This document shows positions 56,614-64,000 of a DNA stretch of 64,000 nucleotides, one piece after another. The stretch spans positions 248,001 through 312,000 of the forward strand of contig JAANOX010000271.1 in assembly GCA_020184695.1 (NCBI GenBank), written 5' to 3'. Below the pieces are notes generated by a model that worked only from the letters and a program-made list of their open reading frames with translations, searched no databases and was not told the origin of the DNA. The position numbers and the translations under genes are program-made. Origin of the DNA: Histomonas meleagridis 2922-C6/04-290x (Eukaryota; Protista; Parabasalia). The number at the start of each line of letters is the position of its first letter. Positions within the stretch are counted from its first letter, which is position 1.

Positions 56614-57862
56614 ATGACTCAGCCAGAGCCTATTAACTCTAGTAACCCTAGCCATGTTAAATCAGTTACTGTATTAAGTAAGGTATTTGGAGATGGGCGA
56701 AGGTGTCAGCAATCATTCTTGAATACGATAATTACATTAGTTTAAAAAGTGTTTTTATTGATTCTTATCACGTTGATAATCGAGAGATAACTCGTGTTTA
56801 TACTAGCTCTTCACCAGAACCGTCTTCAATTAGTGTTGATGGTCAATATGTGATCGTTGAGCTTAAAACAGAAGTTAATCTAAATTCATGCGATGAAATG
56901 CCGCAAGATGCTGAAAAGAAGAAAGAACGCGATCGCATGCAAGGCGGCCCTGGTTTACGTGCAGGATGGAGCACAGGCGGTAATGATGAATATCCAGGAA
57001 ATGCAATTATAACTCAAACGAAAGATATACAAACTACAGATGGTAAAACATATAAATCTAGTGAAACACTTTTAAAAAGTACTATTGAAAAATGTCTTGT
57101 AGCAGATGAATTTCAGCAAAAAGAATTTATCGATAAATTCCGATTACAGGTCAAATATTACCGTATAATATCTACATACCAAAGAATTATAATCCAAATG
57201 AGAAATATCTATTGGTTTTGTTTATCCACGATGCAAGTGTAGCAAGTGGACCAATTTCACATCCATTATTTCAAGGTAATGGAGCTATCACACTTGCAGA
57301 ACCAGAATTCCAATCACGTCATAAATGCTTTGTTGTTGCTCCTGAATATCCTTGTTACAGTTGATGATAATTGGAACTATAGTCATCACATTGACGCAAC
57401 GATATATCTATTGAAAAGTTTACAAAAAAGTTATCCGATTGATGAGAATCGAATTTATACGACAGGTCAATCCATGGGCTGTATGTCATCAATTGTAATG
57501 ATGCTAAAAAAGCCAAATTTATTTGCAGGTGCTTTAATAGAGCCTGTAAATGGAATCCTAAAGTAATGGAACCATTGAAAAAACAAAACACTTGGATAAT
57601 CTCTTGTGAAGGTGATGTATCTTCAAGTAAGTTACAAGCAAAAGCAGTTAAAAAATGGCGTGGAAATGGTTGTAATGTGTCTGAAGCAACGTGGAATTTG
57701 AATCTTAAGCCTGAGGAGTTTAATGAAGAAGCTGATAAAATGAGAAAAGAAGGAAATCATTTGCTGTTTACGCATTTGAGTGGAGGTAATCATAGAGTTA
57801 CATGGTTTGTGGCATTTGGAATTGATAGTGTTAAGGAATGGATGTTTGATCAACATAAATAA
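56614..57862 (+). pseudogene. Bacterial-type esterase/peptidase (Ig-like N-terminus plus alpha/beta hydrolase) with several frameshifts
   Basis: KVFGDG..VSAIILEY N-terminus, IDENRIYTTGQSMG (GxSxG) and GGNHRVTW, split across at least four frames. Confidence 0.7.
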
Positions 57863-58269
57863 ATTAGAATTAAACTTTATTATTCATTGATTTCAGTAAT
57901 GTATGATATTATAAGTTCTGCACCTTTGTTCGCTTCTCCTGAACACAACAAAAAATGAATATGTGTGACAAATGTTTTTGATTTTCCAGATGAAGAATCT
58001 ATAGTTAAAGAGGATATTTGATGAACTTCTTGTTCTAATGATCATTTTCAATGATATTAAGATATTAAATTATAACTCATACAAATACCATTTATTAAAA
58101 TTACTGTGGGTATTTACATTATCATTGTAAGAACGATCTCTAATACTTTGTTTGGTTATTAGGAAAACGAATAAGTAATAGAAGAACAGGTGATATATGT
58201 AAAGTTTACTCTAAATATATCAAAAATCATTTGTTATAGAGATATATCATAGCCAATTGTCTTCTACCA

Positions 58270-58929
58270 AAGAATTTACTTATTCAATTTGTTTCGTTCT
58301 TGATGTAGTCCAATCTTTAAATTGTAATTTTGAAGTCGATTTTTCTTTTTTCTTATTACTTTTCACTAAGAATATAACAATTCCAATAATTATGAAAACA
58401 AATCCAATTGATCCACAAATTATTCCAATTAAAGCTGAATTTGTTATTCCATTGATTGTGGTTCGCTTGAATAAAACATTGTAAAGTAATTTGAATAATA
58501 ATATTGATTAGTTGAATATATAAGAATTGTATAATTATAGTAAATGAAATTTGTTACTATATAAGAAAATGTTGAATTTACTCTCGACAATGAAAATGAT
58601 ATTGTTTGTGTTTCAGAAACAGTTAATGAATATGATGTTGTTAATGTATAAGTTAATAAATATGAAAACAAAACTGTGAAATCACTTTTTATGATATCTG
58701 ATAATTTATTTGACCGGATAAATGTATTTGATTACGTAAATATTTTTGATTGTGAAAATGTATTTGATATGCTAAATGTATGTGATGGAAGTGGATCGCA
58801 AATTCTTTCTTTGTGATCTTTATCAACAAGTAAATTCCCAAATGTTTCATTTCTATCATATTTTTTTATGTATACAATAATACTATTTGTATTTTCAATT
58901 TTTTGGTTTGATACATTCATTTTGGACAC
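58270..58929 (-). pseudogene. Remnant of a type I surface protein (Ser/Thr-rich stalk, TM helix, short tail)
   Basis: PLPSHTFSISNTFSQS, TYTLTTSYSLTVSET and SALIGIICGSIGFVFIIIGIVIFLVKSNKKK in different frames. Confidence 0.55.
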
Positions 58930-59206
58930 ATAAATTTATTAATTAATGCATACTTAAATAAACCAGATATTTGTATCAAGAAACGAATAATTATATATGT
59001 TATTAATTTTATTATCAATATATTAGTTTTGGTGTGTGACTAACAACATAAATATATTTCAGAAAATTTACAATGAAAGTCTATGCAATTACCATTTAAT
59101 CTTCGTGATTTCATATAAAATAAAATCGAAAATTTATGTTTAATTTTTTTGAATTAATTCCAAATCGATTTTGAATAAACTAATAAATGATATAATTACA
59201 TTTTAC

Positions 59207-61951
59207 TTACAAATCGCTTAATATTTCTTCATTTTTTGCTTGTTCCGCAATTTCTTTAATTACTTCATTCAACTCAAATGCACGAAGTTCAAACAGCTTC
59301 TTCAACGTCAATTCGTCAACATTTTCTCCTCCGAAAATTCTTTCCAAATCATTTTTCTTTATCAATGGATTTTGCAAATACACAAAAACTTGTAAAAGTT
59401 TCTCGAAATCCGAAATTTGTGAACACAAATCGTCTGCAGCCAAATTTCCACTTAAAGATGATGCAATAGATAATGCACTTTCTTTATATTGCTGAATTAT
59501 TTTATTCATTTCTTCGATATGAATTGATTTCGAATCTAATGAAAACCAATTCGATATCGTTTGTTCCCAATTTTTTCGAGTATCCCAAAGTCGTTGGATG
59601 TTATTAACGTATTTTATTATTGTTTCAATCTCTTCGAAACGAGTTTGAATATGCAAAATCGATTTTTGATATTGTTGAATTTTTTTCGCACGTGATTCTA
59701 AATCATTTGCTTTGGATGTAATAAAATTTATAACATGTGTTATTTCATTCAAAGATGATTTAGGATTCGATAAAACTTGATTTTGTAATTCCTTCGAAAA
59801 TTGGGTTTCATCGTTATGTAAAGTATTGATTTCATTTTCAATGATTTTTGAGAACTTTGACGATAACGATATAATTGTATCGTTCGAATCGTTGTAAACT
59901 TTTTCAATTATTTTATGTTTTTGTTGAATTTCATTAAAATCTTTTTTCTCTTCAGAAGATAAAATAATATTTTTATCAGATGCGAGAGAATAAAAATCAT
60001 TTATTATATTACATTTATTTTTTAGGTCATTTTCAACTTCAGCGAATTTTTCACACGAATCTATAAAATTAAAATACGTTTCAATGTTATAATTAATTTC
60101 TTTAGTTAATTCGGAATGATTTTTTATAATTAATTCTTTGTATTCACTAAATAACTTTTTTATGATTTTAGGAATATATTCATTTATAATATTTAAACAT
60201 TTATTTGCGGAATTTATAATTTTATTTTTAACATTTTTTAAATAACAACAAAAAATTCCAACAAAAGATTTGTTTGGAATATTTTGTACAATTTCTTTTT
60301 GTTCATTAAAATATTTTATTTTATCTTTAACATCAGTAATTTTCAGAGTATTTGACTCTAAAAAATCAAAATTATAATTTAAGTTTTCATTATAAAAATC
60401 AAAAATTTTCGATAAAGAATTTAAATAATAATTTAATATATCAAATGAGGATTCAAATAATTTCTTTTGCTTCTTAAGCGTCTCTTTAAAAATCGGATCA
60501 TCAAAAATGATTTTATCCAAATTAGGTAAAGGAATTGTTACATTATGTGTTAAATCTGTAATTTGTTGTCCATCAATATAAGATGCAAATAAAGGATTAG
60601 TAATTAATCTTGGAATTTTCATTGATATCTCTATAAAGAAATCCCGTAAAATATCAACTTTCTCATTAAATTCATCAAATTTTGGTGTAAAAGTGATGTT
60701 TCCATTTGAATAGTTTACGTCGATTCTGAAAATCGGTTTTTCGAATGTTGAAGACACTTTTTGGTAAACCACCGAATAAATTTGCGAATATTCCACTGGC
60801 AAATCTTCAAGTTTAATGTCTTCTTTGTAACCTATTTGTTCGATTCCTTTATCATACAATGTCTTTAAGATAGCAAAGAATTCTAAAAATGATATAAAAC
60901 ATACTTTCCGTGCTGATGAAACAATATTATAATCAATCAATCGAATGTATCGAACAAGTTTCGTGCATATTGCACTCTGTATTGCCTTTTGTGTGAAACG
61001 AAATGATTTTTCATCAAATTGGGATTTGTGATTTTTTTTAGATTTATGTTGTGGATTAATATATATTGATGAACTCATTTCATATTTTTCATTTTTAGGT
61101 GCATTTATAAGTTCTAATGTCTTTTCACATGAGTTTTGAACAATTTGTGTTAATTGTTGATACATATCTTCCAAATATTTTGAAACTTTTTCTTTGTATT
61201 TTAAATTCTCATTAATTAATTCATCAATGGTATATGGTTTTTCAGATGTGAGTGAAAAAAGTCGCTTATTTTGAAGTTCATTTAATTTACTTCGAATTTT
61301 TAAGAATGAAAGCCGCATTGAATTGTTTACAAAAAAGAGCTCTTTGTTGATTAAAGATCGCGAATTACGGAGCTTAGAAATTACTACGTATGATTTCCAT
61401 TGACGAAATAGACGCCACTGACGCTGATATTTGAAAAATGGTATCTGCATAATTAATGAAAATGTTTGAAGTGATGATAGCCATTGTTCTAAAGGTATGA
61501 AATCAACAGACCCATTTTTTACATGAGTTAGACCTTTTAATGATAAGGTCCAAAATTCTGTTTGAGAAGCTTCAGTTGATGGAATGATTTTGAGATTAGT
61601 TGGATGGTCAGAATCCTCTGTAACTTTTGATGGTGATAAATAAACATATTCATCTTTAATTTTTCGAGCTTTTGCAGATTTAATAAATTGTATTGGATCA
61701 TCAGTTGAAATTTCTTTTTGAAGTGTATATAAAGGTTCGGGTTCTTTGGATAGAAGAGGTGGCAAGAGTATGTTTTTAGTATAATTGGGCTTTTGATTTG
61801 ATAAACGAGGAATTTTTCGTAAAGTTCCGGATAATGTCACGGCTCGTGAACGAACCTTTTGAACAGGAACAAGCCTGCATTGGAGTTCTCTTGCAATCCT
61901 TTGATTGGACATGTTTTTAGGACCAATCAAAGGATTTTGGCTTTCATTCAT
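59207..61951 (-). CDS. Dynein heavy-chain-like N-terminal tail fragment (no motor domain)
   Basis: IPFFKYQRQWRLFRQWK resembles inner-arm DHC N-termini; the ending LQNPLIKK...LTLKKLFEL...EIAEQAKNE resembles the start of DHC_N2. Confidence 0.6.
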   Translation of the reverse strand: MNESQNPLIGPKNMSNQRIARELQCRLVPVQKVRSRAVTLSGTLRKIPRLSNQKPNYTKNILLPPLLSKEPEPLYTLQKEISTDDPIQFIKSAKARKIKDEYVYLSPSKVTEDSDHPTNLKIIPSTEASQTEFWTLSLKGLTHVKNGSVDFIPLEQWLSSLQTFSLIMQIPFFKYQRQWRLFRQWKSYVVISKLRNSRSLINKELFFVNNSMRLSFLKIRSKLNELQNKRLFSLTSEKPYTIDELINENLKYKEKVSKYLEDMYQQLTQIVQNSCEKTLELINAPKNEKYEMSSSIYINPQHKSKKNHKSQFDEKSFRFTQKAIQSAICTKLVRYIRLIDYNIVSSARKVCFISFLEFFAILKTLYDKGIEQIGYKEDIKLEDLPVEYSQIYSVVYQKVSSTFEKPIFRIDVNYSNGNITFTPKFDEFNEKVDILRDFFIEISMKIPRLITNPLFASYIDGQQITDLTHNVTIPLPNLDKIIFDDPIFKETLKKQKKLFESSFDILNYYLNSLSKIFDFYNENLNYNFDFLESNTLKITDVKDKIKYFNEQKEIVQNIPNKSFVGIFCCYLKNVKNKIINSANKCLNIINEYIPKIIKKLFSEYKELIIKNHSELTKEINYNIETYFNFIDSCEKFAEVENDLKNKCNIINDFYSLASDKNIILSSEEKKDFNEIQQKHKIIEKVYNDSNDTIISLSSKFSKIIENEINTLHNDETQFSKELQNQVLSNPKSSLNEITHVINFITSKANDLESRAKKIQQYQKSILHIQTRFEEIETIIKYVNNIQRLWDTRKNWEQTISNWFSLDSKSIHIEEMNKIIQQYKESALSIASSLSGNLAADDLCSQISDFEKLLQVFVYLQNPLIKKNDLERIFGGENVDELTLKKLFELRAFELNEVIKEIAEQAKNEEILSDL

Positions 61952-62072
61952 TCCAAAAACTTGGAATACGTTGCAAAGTCACTTTTTGTTTCGTCACTTT
62001 TAATAATAATCCCAATGTGACTTTTTAATAAACTATTCAAATCAAATTAATCTTAAACGTCCGTTTTGAAGA

Positions 62073-62684
62073 ATGGAAGTTGACTTTAAATCACAATTAT
62101 TCCCAGGATTTCCATTATATATTATTTGGCTTGTTTTTCTATTTGCGCCAGTAGAATTTAATTTTGGATTTTTAATAATTTCAATTATTAATATGATACT
62201 ATTTTTCACCAAATACAAAAAAAGACAACTTTTCTATTCAAGTCCTATTAACACAAAAAGAGTAATTATACAAAAGAAAGAAGCTGTAATTGATTCATCA
62301 ATGAATTGGAAGAATCGATTTAAAAATTTCTTTTCCAAAAATTCATCACAAAACAAAAAAATCAATTACAAAGAACTAATGCAGTGGGATATTGATAGTA
62401 CGCATCAAAGCATTTTTATTTTTCTATCTCCTGTTTCAGTTGTTTTTAGTTTTTTATCAAATTCCTTCTTTTTAACTTTACTCTTTTCAATAATATTTTC
62501 TTTATTTATGTTTATTCTTATGCGTAAAATAAATACAGCAATAGAACACCAAAAAATATTATCACGAGAAATATATAAGGAACATAACCAAGCGCTCCAA
62601 ACGCAACTAAAACAATATGGGCCAATTGATATTCAAAATAAATTAGCAAAAAGAAAAATATATGAAATCAATAATAGCAAATGA
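62073..62684 (+). CDS. Membrane protein, possibly Nur1/Mug154 (DUF2418)-like
   Basis: Two hydrophobic regions flanking RQLF..SP and W...FLSP motifs; family call is from memory only. Confidence 0.45.
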   Translation: MEVDFKSQLFPGFPLYIIWLVFLFAPVEFNFGFLIISIINMILFFTKYKKRQLFYSSPINTKRVIIQKKEAVIDSSMNWKNRFKNFFSKNSSQNKKINYKELMQWDIDSTHQSIFIFLSPVSVVFSFLSNSFFLTLLFSIIFSLFMFILMRKINTAIEHQKILSREIYKEHNQALQTQLKQYGPIDIQNKLAKRKIYEINNSK

Positions 62685-62909
62685 TTACCATCATGTAAAA
62701 TTGAAAAACTCATGTTATTTAAAAAATTGATGCAAATAAATGAAAATACAAGAAATAATCAGCTCAAGATTTTAAATTTAACCAAAATTGAGCCAAACGG
62801 TATTGAATAATTTCAGTGAATTCTATAATCATTCAATTTGCTTTTTTCGTGCTAATTCATATTGAATATCCGATAAATTTGAATTCGTAAACTCGTCTTA
62901 ACATTAACT

Positions 62910-62915
62910 TCACTT
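62910..62915 (+). promoter_or_regulatory. Initiator-like TCACTT upstream of the AKR ATG
   Basis: TCACTT ends 2 nt before ATG 62918. Confidence 0.4.
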
Positions 62916-62917
62916 AA

Positions 62918-63940
62918 ATGGAAATCAAGCAAGAAGTCACGCTTCCAACAAGGATGCTCCGTGATCTTAAAGTTTCAGCCATTGGTTATGGTTCAATGGG
63001 TTTATCTCATGGCTATGGTGATCCAACTCCACACGATCAAGCAATTCATTTAATTCATGAAGCATATAGACAAGGCTGTACGTTTTTCGACACAGCAGAA
63101 GTTTATGCAATGGGTGAAAATGAAAAAATTGTTGGCGAAGCTTTAGAACCCATACGTGACAAAGTTGTTCTTTCATCAAAGTTCATGTTTTTTGGGCCAA
63201 TTGAAGAACCAGGACGTGAAGGAGTTCTTAAAGAGATCACTAAGCATCTTGATGCATCTCTAAAACGCCTTCGTACCACATGGCTCGATCTATATTATTG
63301 GCATCGTCCTACACATGCAAGTGTTGAAGATGTTGCTTGGGCTATGGGTGAAATTATCAAGACAGGAAAAGTCCGATGTTGGGGAATGTCTCAAGTAGAT
63401 GCTGATCAAATCCGACGTGCCCATGCTATTACTCCACTTACTGCTATTCAATGTGAATTTTCAATTATGGAGCGAATGTATGAAAAAGAAGTTATTCCAA
63501 CATGTAAAGAATTACGAATTGGATTTGTTCCATTTTCACCATTAGCCTCAGGATTCCTTAGTGGAAAGTACACTGCCGAAACTAAGTACACAGGTGATGA
63601 TGTTCGACGTGTCATTACTCGTTTCTCACAAGAAAACATTCAAAAGAATCAAGAATTACTTAATTACATCAAAGAAGTTGCAGCATCTAAACATGTAACA
63701 CCTGCGCAAATATCTTTAGCTTGGATTATGTGCAAAGGCGATTTCGTGGTTTCAATACCTGGAATGCGAACTGATGAACGTATCAAAGAAAACTTCGGCG
63801 CATCATTTGTCACATTAACGAAAGAAGAATATGAAAGCATCGAAGAAAGACTCAAAACAATTCCAATCAGCGGTAACCGCACAGATGCCGACATTGCTAA
63901 GCTTGCAGATGTAAAACTTGGCGATGCAAACCGAGAATAA
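62918..63940 (+). CDS. Aldo-keto reductase, bacterial type
   Basis: VSAIGYGSMGLS, FFDTAEVY, SLKRLRTTWLDLYYWH, GFVPFSPLASGFL, PAQISLAW and IPG motifs. Confidence 0.93.
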   Translation: MEIKQEVTLPTRMLRDLKVSAIGYGSMGLSHGYGDPTPHDQAIHLIHEAYRQGCTFFDTAEVYAMGENEKIVGEALEPIRDKVVLSSKFMFFGPIEEPGREGVLKEITKHLDASLKRLRTTWLDLYYWHRPTHASVEDVAWAMGEIIKTGKVRCWGMSQVDADQIRRAHAITPLTAIQCEFSIMERMYEKEVIPTCKELRIGFVPFSPLASGFLSGKYTAETKYTGDDVRRVITRFSQENIQKNQELLNYIKEVAASKHVTPAQISLAWIMCKGDFVVSIPGMRTDERIKENFGASFVTLTKEEYESIEERLKTIPISGNRTDADIAKLADVKLGDANRE

Positions 63941-64000
63941 AAACAACTCGAAACCAATTTTTATAGTTAAATTTGTGTCACTATTTCATCACTTGAATCC

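Noticed and set aside
3303-63957. Numerous short ORFs antisense to or overlapping real genes (e.g. 3303-3611, 17093-17407, 28605-28952, 45285-45695, 63664-63957) and F/I/L/Y-rich ORFs inside arrays (7011-7235, 26746-26994)
   Set aside because: These are shadow frames of real genes or low-complexity AT-rich sequence with no recognisable motifs.

Overview
Very AT-rich, gene-dense eukaryotic DNA, most likely from a parabasalid (Tritrichomonas/Histomonas-like). This is inferred from the DUF3447-ankyrin gene family, TCAY initiator motifs just upstream of ATGs, a 23-nt GT-AG intron in Rab1 and several bacterial-type genes. Ordinary genes include USO1/p115-like, an S8 protease, RPL13, a Rap-GAP-domain protein, a UBR-box E3 ligase, PX, TBC and RPA32-like proteins, Rab1, a dynein tail fragment, flavodoxin, a SnoaL-like protein and an aldo-keto reductase. 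Main result: five DUF3447-ankyrin loci (5106-10028 -, 14651-16156 +, 20912-26158 -, 33641-39083 +, ~40527-42550 -) look truncated in the ORF track. They actually continue as long ankyrin arrays in which each beta-hairpin codon is separated from the next by an AT-rich spacer of almost always exactly 17 nt (20-nt period = 17 nt skipped + 1 codon). The spacers have no GT-AG or AT-AC ends. Removing them restores the ankyrin D-x-x-G-x-T-(P/A)-L consensus (e.g. DKDGNTAL, DNYGNTPL). It also yields stop-free loops of up to 31 residues that differ between paralogues, while shared residues show synonymous changes. I do not recognise this architecture. The decoding mechanism (tiny non-canonical introns, ribosomal hopping, or RNA/DNA processing) cannot be determined from DNA alone. 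All decoding was done by hand. The assembly appears to contain homopolymer indels, so isolated frameshifts should be treated cautiously.
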